Below, piece by piece: positions 26,663 through 35,794 of a stretch of DNA of 64,000 nt. Location of the stretch: contig CP098402.1 of NCBI GenBank assembly GCA_025916675.1, positions 55,205 through 119,204 of the forward strand, given 5' to 3'. The notes under the pieces are model-generated. The model was not told where the DNA came from. It ran no database searches and saw only the letters and a program-made list of their open reading frames with translations. The position numbers were made by a program, and so were the translations under genes. The first letter of the stretch is position 1; every line of letters starts with the position of its first letter. This DNA comes from Phycisphaera sp. (GTDB taxonomy: Bacteria > Planctomycetota > Phycisphaerae > Phycisphaerales > UBA1924).

Positions 26663-27250
26663 TCAGCGACGCCGACCGCCGGCCAACGCCAGCCCGCCCA
26701 GCAACGCCAGCCCGCCCGCTGGCGCGGGAATGACGATGATCAGGCTTCCTTCTTCGAGATCGGCCAAGCGGCTCTCACTGGTCGAACTCATACGGTCGAT
26801 ATACGTGTCATACCTCGTGGTCACGGTCTCGATATCCAAGATCACAGGCCCGCTCAACACGTCGTCGACCGTGAAGTCGGCTTCCCAGAACGCGATTGGG
26901 TTGGTCGGGTCGGCGTAGATCCCGGCCGTGGGGAAGTTGAGCTGGCCGGCGAGGATGCCGTCGATACTGCCAGCACCAAGCACACCTTCAGTTGTGCCGG
27001 GTCCGTCCATGGGTGCCACCAGCCGCAGATTGTCGAACGTCCCCTGGGCCTCGTTGATGAGCACACTGGTGGCGATGCCAGCGAGGGCGTAGTCGGTGCC
27101 GCCGTAACTGGCGCTCATGGTGATGGTCACGGTCTCTCCCGGCAGGGTGCCGAGCCCATCGGCGGTAATCTCAATGGCTTGCGCCATCGCGGCGGCGGGC
27201 ATGGCGGCGACACCGGCGAGAAGACAGAGTGTCCGGATGCTAATTGTCAT
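26663..27250 (-). CDS. Secreted protein with PEP-CTERM-like C-terminal anchor (tandem paralog B)
   Basis: Start ATG 27250. Signal peptide MTISIRTLCLLAGVAAMPAAAMAQA. Long identical blocks with paralog A (GTLPGETVTITMSASY, INEAQGTFDNLRLVAPMDGPGT, GQLNFPTAGIYADPTNPIAFWE). C-terminus IVIPAPAGGLALLGGLALAGGRRR. Confidence 0.65.
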   Translation of the reverse strand: MTISIRTLCLLAGVAAMPAAAMAQAIEITADGLGTLPGETVTITMSASYGGTDYALAGIATSVLINEAQGTFDNLRLVAPMDGPGTTEGVLGAGSIDGILAGQLNFPTAGIYADPTNPIAFWEADFTVDDVLSGPVILDIETVTTRYDTYIDRMSSTSESRLADLEEGSLIIVIPAPAGGLALLGGLALAGGRRR

Positions 27251-27435
27251 GGCATTGGCTCCATGGTGCCGGTGACACAGAACATCGAGCGTGCAGCCGG
27301 CGAGATAGAAAATCTTGCGGGAGATCGAGTATCGCCCGCCAATAGGTCCAATATACAACAATTCGATTCGATGGCCAGCGATCCGGCAGATCAGCCACGG
27401 CGCGTTCATGGTCGGTCTTGCCCATACCCTCCCTC

Positions 27436-28224
27436 ATGAACACCGACCTCTCCAACCGCACCGCCCTCGTCTGCGGTGCCAGCCAGGGCATCGGTCTCGC
27501 GTCGGCTGTCGCGCTCGCCTCGCTTGGGGCTCGTGTCACGCTCTTCGCCCGCGACCCCCAGCGCCTCGGTGAGGCGATGGCCGAACTCCCAGTCGTCAAC
27601 GACATCGAGCACGACATCGCCATCGCGGACTTCCACGATCCCGACATGGTGCTCGACGAGGCCGCCGGGGCGCTCGACCGGGCGGGCGGCTTCGACATCC
27701 TGGTCAACAACACCGGCGGGCCGCCCGGTGGGCCGATCGCCGAGGCCACGGGCGAGGCATTCCTCAAAGGCATAACCGCCCACCTCATCAACAACCAGAA
27801 CTTGGCGGGCCTCGTGCTGCCGGGCATGAAGAGCAACGGCTTCGGTCGCATCGTCAACATCATCAGCACGTCGGTGAAGTGCCCCATCCCCGGGCTTGGC
27901 GTCAGCAACACCGTGCGGGCGGCCGTGGCGGCGTGGGCCAAGACCCTGGCCGGCGAGGTCGCCAAGGACAGGATCACCGTGAACAGCGTGCTGCCGGGCT
28001 TCACCGACACCGCCCGGCTGAGCAGCCTCTTCGACGCCAAGGCCGAGCGGCAGGGGACCGACGCCGGCAAGGTCAAAGCCGAGGCACTGGCTGGCATCCC
28101 GATGGGCCGGCTTGGCGAGGCCGAGGAGGTCGCCGCCGCGGTCGCGTTTTATTGCACGCCCGCGGCCTCGTACATCACCGGCACGGTGCTGGCGGTCGAC
28201 GGCGGGCGGACGCCAACGATCTAG
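27436..28224 (+). CDS. Short-chain dehydrogenase/reductase (FabG-like)
   Basis: TALVCGASQGIGLASA (TGxxxGxG variant), NNTGG, and a Rossmann pattern throughout. ITGTVLAVDGG C-terminal motif. Confidence 0.85.
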   Translation: MNTDLSNRTALVCGASQGIGLASAVALASLGARVTLFARDPQRLGEAMAELPVVNDIEHDIAIADFHDPDMVLDEAAGALDRAGGFDILVNNTGGPPGGPIAEATGEAFLKGITAHLINNQNLAGLVLPGMKSNGFGRIVNIISTSVKCPIPGLGVSNTVRAAVAAWAKTLAGEVAKDRITVNSVLPGFTDTARLSSLFDAKAERQGTDAGKVKAEALAGIPMGRLGEAEEVAAAVAFYCTPAASYITGTVLAVDGGRTPTI

Positions 28225-28509
28225 GGCGGCCCGGCCAGGGTGGTGCGATTGCCTTGGCTGTGGTACCCTGTGGGGATCCCGCGAGTAGGCGATTCGGGCC
28301 GGCCTGCCCCCGCACCGCTTCCTTCCACCTACGGAGCCCCTTCCCAGCCCGCTGGCCCGGCCCCCATCAACGCGAGACCCCGAAACGCGAGACCCCGAAA
28401 CCGGCCGCCGATTCGGCGAACCCTGGAACGAACCAGCCAAGGGGCACGTACCCCAAGCATCAGCACATTCCCGGCCACTCCCGGCCCGACCCTTTGGAGC
28501 ACTTCGAAT

Positions 28510-29259
28510 ATGAGCAATGACAGGCGAGACTACAACGACAGGGGCGAGTATCGGGGCGGTGGCCGGGGCCGTGGCGGTCAGGGCGGCGGCCGGGGTCGCG
28601 GCGGCCACGGCGGTGGTGGGGGGCGCGGGCGTGGGCGTGGCGGTCAGGGCGGACGCGGCGGCCATGGTGGCCATGGCGGACACGATCGCCAGGGCATCCC
28701 GCTGAGCGCCCTCGACCCCGAACTGACCGACATCAGCCGCCGCGTCATCGGCTGCGCCATCGAGGTGCACAAGGCCCTGGGCCCGGGCCTGCCCATCGAG
28801 ATGTACAACAAGGCGCTCCAGGTCGAGATGAAAGAGGCGGGCATCGAGCACACCGCCGACCGCAAGATCGACGTGAAGTACCAGGACCAGCTCATCGGCC
28901 AGGTCACCGCGTCGCTGTTCGTCGAGGACCGCTTCATCGTCGACTTGGTCGCCCGCCCGGGCGAGGTCGGCACGGGCGAGCGCTTGCAGACGCGCGCCAA
29001 GCTGCGGGCCCTCGAGCTCGAGCTCGGCCTCATCATCAACTTCGCCCAGCGCCGCCTGAAGGACGGCCTCGTCCGCGTGCTGAATCCCGACCAGCTCAAG
29101 GAGCTGCTCGAGGAGCGGCAGAAGGCCCAGGAGGCCGAGTACGAAGAAGACGAGTACGAGGATGAGGAGGGCGAGGAGTACGAGGAAGACGACGACGAGT
29201 ACGAAGACGAAGAGGACGATGAGGAAGAGGAAGAAAGCGAAGAGGACGACAGGGTCTGA
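28510..29259 (+). CDS. GxxExxY-family (PD-(D/E)XK-like) protein with RGG-rich N-terminus and poly-acidic C-terminus
   Basis: ATG 28510. About 55-aa Arg/Gly/His head (RGGGRGRGGQGGGRGRGGHGGGGGRGRGRGG…). Core ISRRVIGCAIEVHKALGPGLPIEMYNKALQVEM…SLFVEDRFIVDLVAR…ELELGLIINF matches my memory of the GxxExxY family. About 60-aa Glu/Asp/Tyr tail. Confidence 0.7.
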   Translation: MSNDRRDYNDRGEYRGGGRGRGGQGGGRGRGGHGGGGGRGRGRGGQGGRGGHGGHGGHDRQGIPLSALDPELTDISRRVIGCAIEVHKALGPGLPIEMYNKALQVEMKEAGIEHTADRKIDVKYQDQLIGQVTASLFVEDRFIVDLVARPGEVGTGERLQTRAKLRALELELGLIINFAQRRLKDGLVRVLNPDQLKELLEERQKAQEAEYEEDEYEDEEGEEYEEDDDEYEDEEDDEEEEESEEDDRV

Positions 29260-29309
29260 GCGACCCGCCGGTTGCTCCACTCGCTTTTCTTGGGGGTCTG
29301 ATTGCGCCC

Positions 29310-30470
29310 GTGAGTGCTTACCTGGACAACAACGCCACCACACGCCCGCTGCCCGAGGTGGTCGAGGCGATGTGCGAGTGCCTCGAGAACTGCTGGGCCA
29401 ACCCCTCCAGCGTCCACAGGCCCGGGCAAGCCGCCCGCGCGCGCATCGAGCAGGCCCGGCGATCGGTTGCCGACCTCATCGGCGCGGGCCAGCGTGAGCT
29501 GGTGTTCTGCTCGGGTGGCACCGAGAGCTGCCAGATCGCCATCCGCGGCGCGCTCGAGCAAGCCCAGCAGCAGAATGGCCGCACCGTCCTGGTCACCAGC
29601 CCCGTCGAGCACTCGGCCGTGCGCGACCTGGCCAGGAACCTCGGCGACTGCGGCAAGGTCGAGGTCCGCTGGCTGCCCATCGGCTGCGGCGGGGCGATCG
29701 ATCTCGAGAAGGCGCGCGAACTCATCGACGACACCGTCGCCGTCCTGAGCGTGCAGTGGGCCAACAACGAGACCGGTGCCATCCAGCCCATCAAGGAACT
29801 GGCCGAGTTTGCCAAGGAAGCCGGCGCGACGGTGCATGTGGACGGCACGCAGTGGGTGGGCCGCATGGACACCGACGTGCGGACCCTGCCCTTCGACCTG
29901 CTCACCTTCAGCGCCCATAAGTTCCACGGGCCCAAGGGTATTGGGGTGTTGTGGATCCGCCGGGGCGTGAAGCTCTGCAAGCAGACACCCGGCTCGCAGG
30001 AACTGGGCCGCCGCGGCGGCACCGAGAACGTGCCGGGCATCGTGGGTATCGGCATGGCCGCCAGGGGGGCCGGTGAGTGGCTGGCCGACCCCGAGAACCG
30101 GTCGCGCATCGCCGCTATGCGCGACCGCCTAGAAACCGCCGTGCTCGACCGCATCGAGGGGGCGTGCGTCAACGGCCCGCGCGACCCGAGCAAGCGGCTC
30201 TGGAACACGACCAACTTGGCCATCCCCGGCGTCGACGCCGAGATCATGCTGCTGACGCTGGCCGAGATGGGCGTGTGCGTGTCGGCCGGGTCGGCGTGCA
30301 GCAGCGGCTCGCTCGAGCCCAGCCCGGTGCTGTGCGCGATGGGCCTGGACAAGAAATTGGCCGCCGGCTCGCTGCGGGTGAGCCTCTCGCGTTTCACGAC
30401 CGAGGCTGAGGTTGGCTCGGCTATCGAGGCGATCGTTGAGGCCCACCAGGTGGTGACGGCAACCGTTTAA
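29310..30470 (+). CDS. Cysteine desulfurase (NifS/IscS family)
   Basis: YLDNNATTRP, PLP-lysine context FSAHKFHGPKGIG, catalytic-Cys loop SAGSACSSG, 386 aa. Confidence 0.9.
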   Translation: MSAYLDNNATTRPLPEVVEAMCECLENCWANPSSVHRPGQAARARIEQARRSVADLIGAGQRELVFCSGGTESCQIAIRGALEQAQQQNGRTVLVTSPVEHSAVRDLARNLGDCGKVEVRWLPIGCGGAIDLEKARELIDDTVAVLSVQWANNETGAIQPIKELAEFAKEAGATVHVDGTQWVGRMDTDVRTLPFDLLTFSAHKFHGPKGIGVLWIRRGVKLCKQTPGSQELGRRGGTENVPGIVGIGMAARGAGEWLADPENRSRIAAMRDRLETAVLDRIEGACVNGPRDPSKRLWNTTNLAIPGVDAEIMLLTLAEMGVCVSAGSACSSGSLEPSPVLCAMGLDKKLAAGSLRVSLSRFTTEAEVGSAIEAIVEAHQVVTATV

Positions 30471-30531
30471 GTCGACCGCGGCCTGTCGGTTGCCTCCGTT
30501 GACCGGCTTCTGAGCGGGCTACCCTGGAGGC

Positions 30532-31365
30532 ATGAGCGACAATCCTTACGCCCAGCCCAACGACTTCGGCGGCGGTGCCGAGTACCTCGAGCCCAAGACC
30601 AGCATCCTGGCCGTCTTCGCCTTCGTGGTGTCACTGATCGGCCTCATTGCCTGTTGCATCCCCGGCATCGGCCCGATCGGCCTGCTGCTGGGCGTGCTGG
30701 CGCTCGTGCTCATCTCGATGTCGGGCAGCCGCAAGAAGGGCGGCGGCCTGGCCATCGCGGCAATCGTCATCGGCCTGATCGCCGGCGCGATCAACGTGGC
30801 CCTCATCTTCGGTGCCGGAGCCGTGGGACGAGAGTGGACCAATCTTGGCGTCGTGCTCGTTGAGGTCGAGAACCGAGACCTCCAGGCCGTCCAGGGCAGG
30901 CTGGTCAGCGCTCAAGCGCAGCAACTCGACCAGACGCAGCTTGATGCTTTCGCATCGTCAATCAACGCCCACTACGGGGCCCAACAGGATCCTCCCAAGG
31001 GTCTTATGGATGCGGTCGGCTTGATGATGGAGGTCGGCCAACGCATGCAGAATGCGCAGGTCGACGTGCAGGGCGAGTACCCCCAGAGCAGCTACGGTGT
31101 CATCCCGTTGGCCATGCGATATGACCAGGGGGCCGTGCTCTTCATGCTGATCGTGCCCACAACAGGATCCTCTGCCGGGGTCTCCTATACCAACGTGGGG
31201 TATTACGACCCGGGCGGCGACATCGTCTGGATGCTGCCCACGCCCAGCGGGCAGGGTGCGATTGTCCCACCCGCGTTGCCCGGCGAGACACCCGACCCGA
31301 CAGATCCGGCCGACCCAACAGACCCGGCCGATCCAGCGGGTGGTGATGAGCCCGGCGAAGGCTGA
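30532..31365 (+). CDS. DUF4190-like membrane protein with Pro/Asp-rich tail
   Basis: N-terminal two-TM segment (ILAVFAFVVSLIGLIACCIPGIGPIGLLLGVLALVLI…LAIAAIVIGLIAGAINVALIF) typical of DUF4190. Soluble domain; PDPTDPADPTDPADP repeat at the end. Confidence 0.55.
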   Translation: MSDNPYAQPNDFGGGAEYLEPKTSILAVFAFVVSLIGLIACCIPGIGPIGLLLGVLALVLISMSGSRKKGGGLAIAAIVIGLIAGAINVALIFGAGAVGREWTNLGVVLVEVENRDLQAVQGRLVSAQAQQLDQTQLDAFASSINAHYGAQQDPPKGLMDAVGLMMEVGQRMQNAQVDVQGEYPQSSYGVIPLAMRYDQGAVLFMLIVPTTGSSAGVSYTNVGYYDPGGDIVWMLPTPSGQGAIVPPALPGETPDPTDPADPTDPADPAGGDEPGEG

Positions 31366-31368
31366 CGT

Positions 31369-32322
31369 ATGCCATCCCGCGCCGAGGGCGGCCCGATCCT
31401 GCGTGTCCAGGGCGTGCGCAAGAGCTTCGACGGGCGCGAGATCCTCAAGGGCATCGACCTCGAGGTCATGCCCGGCGAGACCATGGTCATCATGGGTGGA
31501 TCCGGCTCGGGCAAGAGCACGATGCTCCGGCTGATGATCGGCTCGCTCTCGAGCGACCAGGGCAGCATCCGGATGTTCGAGAACGACATCTGCGGCCTGA
31601 ACGAGGAAGCCCTCAACAAGGTCCGCCTGAAGTTCGGCATCCTCTTCCAGAGCGGGGCGCTCTTCAACAGCATGACCGTGGCCGAGAACGTGGCCCTGCC
31701 CCTCCAGGAGCACACGAGGCTCAGCCAGGAGATCATCGACATCCAGGTCAAGATCAAGCTCGAGCAGGTGCAGCTGCGCGAGGCGGCCGACCTGTTCCCG
31801 GCGCAGATCTCCGGCGGCATGAAGAAACGTGCGGGCCTGGCCCGCGCGATGGCGCTCGATCCCCAACTGCTGTTCTGCGACGAGCCGAGCGCCGGGCTCG
31901 ACCCGATCACCAGCGCCCAGATCGACCGCCTGCTGCTCGACCTGACCAAGAAGCTCGGCATCGCCTGCGTGGTGGTGACGCACGAGATGGATTCAGCGTT
32001 CGCCATCGCCGACCGCATGGCCATGCTCGACAAGGGGCGGATGCTGGCCGTCGAGCCCAAAGCGTGGTTCGAGCGGGTGCGGGATGTACCCGATAGCGAG
32101 CTCGCCTCATTGAGCGAGGATGAGCAGATCATCCACCAGTTCCTGCGCGGGCTGGCCGAGGGGCCGCTGAGCGAACGCCACAGCGAGAGCGACTGGGAAC
32201 AGGACATCCTGGGGTCGCGACCAAGGGTGCCCGGCGTGCGCAGCGTGGAGTCCTCGCGTATCGTTCCAAAGACCGAAGACGAGGGTGTACTCGAGCGGCT
32301 CAGGCGCATGTTGCGGGCCTGA
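31369..32322 (+). CDS. MlaF/Mkl-like ABC transporter ATP-binding protein
   Basis: Walker A GGSGSGKST, signature ISGGMKKRAGLARA, Walker B LLFCDEPSAGLD, VVVTHEM. About 60-aa C-terminal extension. Confidence 0.85.
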   Translation: MPSRAEGGPILRVQGVRKSFDGREILKGIDLEVMPGETMVIMGGSGSGKSTMLRLMIGSLSSDQGSIRMFENDICGLNEEALNKVRLKFGILFQSGALFNSMTVAENVALPLQEHTRLSQEIIDIQVKIKLEQVQLREAADLFPAQISGGMKKRAGLARAMALDPQLLFCDEPSAGLDPITSAQIDRLLLDLTKKLGIACVVVTHEMDSAFAIADRMAMLDKGRMLAVEPKAWFERVRDVPDSELASLSEDEQIIHQFLRGLAEGPLSERHSESDWEQDILGSRPRVPGVRSVESSRIVPKTEDEGVLERLRRMLRA

Positions 32323-32388
32323 CGCTCCGAGAGGATCTTGCGGGCCTCCCGAGCAAACCGGGGCACGCCGAAAGGGAGCAGGGACGCC

Positions 32389-33690
32389 ATGCCGCCGCCC
32401 GGTGGACGAAACGCGATTGTTGGAGCGTTCTTTATCGCCGCCGTGGCGCTGGCGGTGGTCGTGACGGCCATCCTGAGCGATCTCACGTCGGCCCTGGTCT
32501 CGACGACCCAGTATGTCGTGCGGTTCGAGTTGGCCGACAACGCCGGCCTGCTCGCCCCGGGTGCAGAAGTGCGCGTGGGCGGCATGAAGGTCGGCAAGGT
32601 CACCGACGTCCGCTTGGGCGAGAGCGACCACCTCGACGTGCGGATCGAAGTCGACGAAGACCTCGTGCTCCACCAGGACGCGGTTGTCCGCCTCGAGGTG
32701 CCCCTGCTTGGCACGGGCACCGTGGTCAACTTCATCAGCGTCGGCACCGCCCAGCCAGTTGCCGAGGGCGGACAATTCGACGGCCGCCCATCGCCCGGCC
32801 TGCTCGCCCAGACGGGCCTGAACGACGACGACATGGAGAACATCCGCATGTCGATCCAGTCTCTGGCCGAGACGACCGCGAGGGTGAGCCGCATCCTCGC
32901 CGACGTCGAGCCCCGCGTTGGCGAGGCTGTCGACGGGCTGAATTCGGCACTCGATGATGCCAGGACCATCACCAGCGACCTGCGCACCCGGCTGCCTCGC
33001 GTTGGCGACGAATTCGAGGCCATGGTGGCCGACGCGCGTGAGGGCGTCGAGGTCGTGACCAGCCTCGCCAAACGCATCGACGAACGCACCGGCGAACTCG
33101 CCGAAGTGATCGAGAGCGTGCGTGACACGATCGACACGAACCGCCCCAACATCGATCGCGTGCTGGCCGACCTGGCAGAAATCACGACGCGCACGAACGA
33201 GGAGATCATGCCCGCAGCCCTTGAGACCGTCGAGAACGCCCGTACGGCCAGTGCCGAGGGCGCCCAATTCGCTACCGATGCCCGAGCGATGTTCGACGCC
33301 GAAGCCCCCGGCATACGACGTGCATCGGCCAATCTCCGCCTGGCCAGCGACCAGGCCAAGCTGACGATGCTCGAGGTCCGCCGCAGCCCGTGGCGGCTCC
33401 TCCAGCGTCCGACCACGCGCGAGCTCGAGGGCGAGCTGATCTACGACGCCACCCGGTCGTTCGCCCAGGCCGCTAGCGACCTGCGTGCCGCCAGCGAGAG
33501 CCTCATCTCACTCAGCACCGACGAGCAAGGGCCGGTCGACATCCCCGGCCGGCAACGCGCCATCGAGCAACTGCACGAGCAGCTCATGAGCAGCTTCACG
33601 CGCTACCGCGAGGCCGAACAGGAATTGCTCGACCGCGCGCTCGATCTGGGGGCGGGCGAACCCGCCGGCCCGAGCAACCGCGGCGGCTGA
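32389..33690 (+). CDS. MCE/MlaD-family protein with long helical C-terminus
   Basis: Start ATG 32389 (MPPPGGRNAIVGAFFIAAVALAVVV TM). Mce beta-barrel motif YVVRFELADNAGLLAPGAEVRVGGMKVGKVTDVRL…VRLEVPLLGTGTVVNF. About 300-aa helical tail. Confidence 0.7.
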   Translation: MPPPGGRNAIVGAFFIAAVALAVVVTAILSDLTSALVSTTQYVVRFELADNAGLLAPGAEVRVGGMKVGKVTDVRLGESDHLDVRIEVDEDLVLHQDAVVRLEVPLLGTGTVVNFISVGTAQPVAEGGQFDGRPSPGLLAQTGLNDDDMENIRMSIQSLAETTARVSRILADVEPRVGEAVDGLNSALDDARTITSDLRTRLPRVGDEFEAMVADAREGVEVVTSLAKRIDERTGELAEVIESVRDTIDTNRPNIDRVLADLAEITTRTNEEIMPAALETVENARTASAEGAQFATDARAMFDAEAPGIRRASANLRLASDQAKLTMLEVRRSPWRLLQRPTTRELEGELIYDATRSFAQAASDLRAASESLISLSTDEQGPVDIPGRQRAIEQLHEQLMSSFTRYREAEQELLDRALDLGAGEPAGPSNRGG

Positions 33691-33695
33691 CCCGC

Positions 33696-35600
33696 TCAAT
33701 CGCAGCCCGCGTCGAAGGCGTTCTGGAACACCAGGAAGTCGAAGATGCTCAGCATGCCGTCGCCGTCGAAATCGGCCCGCAGGTCGCCCTGATCGAATAG
33801 CGTCTGGAAGGCCAGGAAGTCGAAGATGGTCAATTCGCCATCCTCGTCCAAGTCGGCCAGGCAGCGCGGCGGGGCCATGAAGGCGTTGTCACCGATCTCT
33901 TCGCCGATGCTCGTGTGGCGGCGGATGATGGTCGAGAGCGTCTGCTGGTTCACCAGATCCACCATGTCGCCGGGCAGGTAGGCCTCGTACCAGAACCGAT
34001 CGCCATCGCGAAGGCGTGTGAACTGGTCGACCAGCACCGCGTGCAGCGTCGGGCCGACCATCGTGCCATCGAGCTTGTCCTCGACGAGCATGCCCACCCA
34101 CGGATCGATCTGGTCGCAATCAGCGTAGACCGAGGCCAGCTTGTCCTGCATCTGCACGTCGGCGGTGATGTTGCCAAACTCGATCACGCGCGGCAGGCCA
34201 AAGGTCTCACGAATCGTGTTGTAATCCGCCAATCCATGGTCGCGCCCGCGCTGGATATTCAGCGAGGCGAGGTCGAATCCGCCAGCGCCGGGCATGCCGA
34301 ACAGGAAGTTGCGCACGTCGCCGATGATGTGGCCGTCGAGTTGCTGGGCCACGGTCATGGCCATGCCGCGGAGCACGCTGTCGATGCCGTGGTCCTCGAT
34401 GTGCGCGGGCAAGAAGAACGCCTGGGCGAGCGAGAGGTGCCCCTCGTCGGCTTCCGTGCCATCACTATCCATGCGGGGCAGGAACGTCGGCAGCATGGAA
34501 TGGCCCATGCGGAAGCCCGCCGCGGCGAAGACGTTCGAGATGCCGGGATTCACGCCGGCGTCGTACTCGACGTAAGGCGGCAGCGCATCGCCTCCAAGAA
34601 GGATCGGCAGGAACTCGTTGTACGTAATGGCCTGCATGATGCCGCCCACCATGGCGCGGGTGTGCTCGTACACCTCGTCGCCGGTGAAGGTCGGGTTGGC
34701 GGCGCGGATCTGTCGGGCCCAGTAGTTGTGCTCGCGCACGAACAACGTATGGAGGGCCGTCAGCGAGACCTGCTCGTTGCACCGCACATCGCCCGCGAGG
34801 AACAGCGTGGGGTCGCGATGCGTGGGCGCGTTCGGGAAGCCGTTGACGTTGTAGGGCAGCAGGTCGCCGTCGCTGGTCTTGAGCTCGCCCGTGCCGTCGA
34901 GCGTTCGGAGCTCGGCGGCCCGCGGCGCGTCCGAGCCGTACACGTTCGACGCGTCGATGAACGCCGTGATGGCGTTGACCTGCTCGCGCACGCCCGACAC
35001 GAGCTGGTACCCCGAGCGGTCGAGGGAGATGAGCTGAGAGCCGGTGGCACCGGGGTCGAACCATGGGTCGCCCGTCGGCACGACCACGTCGAATTCTTCG
35101 ATGGGTACCGCGATGGGTGTCTCGTCGATGTCGTGGTCGAGGAACTGGCCCCAGAGCCAGAACATGTTCGAGTTGCCCGTCGTGCTGGGCATGAGCACCT
35201 CGTCCTGATCGACCACGGCCTGGCTGATCGCGCGGGCGCTCGACCCATCGCTGCGCGCCGGGATGCGACCAGCGCCATCGCCATACGCCGAGGGCACGCG
35301 CCGGACGAACGGCACGCCAACCGAGCCGTACCACGGGATCACGGGATTGTTAAATCGCCCGTTGATCGTTCGGTACTCGTCGGGGAACATCGCCGGATCG
35401 TCCACGCCCGGGCCATCGGGCATGCCAAGCGGCAGCCAGGGCGCCCAGCCCGTGGAGTACGACCGCTGGACCAGCGAGCTGCGCCGCTCGTCCTGCTCGG
35501 GGCGGTTCTTGATCGGCGAATCCTGCTGCTGCGCCATCAAGGGGGCGGCACCCGCGGCCAGGATGAGCCCGCACGCCGACATCGCACTCTTCGCAATCAT
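33696..35600 (-). CDS. Secreted animal-haem-peroxidase-family protein with duplicated EF-hand/dockerin-like C-terminal module
   Basis: Start ATG 35600 (signal MIAKSAMSACGLILAAGAAPLMAQ). Peroxidase motifs YRTINGRFNN, WGQFLDHDID (distal His), DASNVYGS, FLAGDVRCNEQ, AAAGFRMGHSMLP (proximal His), RGRDHGLADYN, DPWVGMLVED, LRDGDRFWYE. C-terminus CLADLDEDGELTIFDFLAFQTLFDQGDLRADFDGDGMLSIFDFLVFQNAFDAGCD. Confidence 0.8.
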   Translation of the reverse strand: MIAKSAMSACGLILAAGAAPLMAQQQDSPIKNRPEQDERRSSLVQRSYSTGWAPWLPLGMPDGPGVDDPAMFPDEYRTINGRFNNPVIPWYGSVGVPFVRRVPSAYGDGAGRIPARSDGSSARAISQAVVDQDEVLMPSTTGNSNMFWLWGQFLDHDIDETPIAVPIEEFDVVVPTGDPWFDPGATGSQLISLDRSGYQLVSGVREQVNAITAFIDASNVYGSDAPRAAELRTLDGTGELKTSDGDLLPYNVNGFPNAPTHRDPTLFLAGDVRCNEQVSLTALHTLFVREHNYWARQIRAANPTFTGDEVYEHTRAMVGGIMQAITYNEFLPILLGGDALPPYVEYDAGVNPGISNVFAAAGFRMGHSMLPTFLPRMDSDGTEADEGHLSLAQAFFLPAHIEDHGIDSVLRGMAMTVAQQLDGHIIGDVRNFLFGMPGAGGFDLASLNIQRGRDHGLADYNTIRETFGLPRVIEFGNITADVQMQDKLASVYADCDQIDPWVGMLVEDKLDGTMVGPTLHAVLVDQFTRLRDGDRFWYEAYLPGDMVDLVNQQTLSTIIRRHTSIGEEIGDNAFMAPPRCLADLDEDGELTIFDFLAFQTLFDQGDLRADFDGDGMLSIFDFLVFQNAFDAGCD

Positions 35601-35794
35601 GATTAAGCCCTCTCGATCTTCCGCTGTGTATCCGGACGAAGCACCCGATCCATGGAACGCGGGTGATTGTCCCTCGATTGCCTTCCAATATACCCGAAAC
35701 ATCCACCGCGCTCAATACCCCAACGAAAAGCTGCCGCGCAACTCACGCGCGGTGTCGTCACGAACCGAATGACCCGTACAAACGTCCTATAACA

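Noticed and set aside
27406-29927. Minus-strand ORFs 27406..29343 (645 aa) and 28644..29927 (427 aa) overlapping the SDR, GxxExxY and cysteine desulfurase genes.
   Set aside because: Low-complexity translations (poly-Val/Leu/Phe from antisense acidic codons, Arg/Gly runs). The + strand genes carry unambiguous family motifs.
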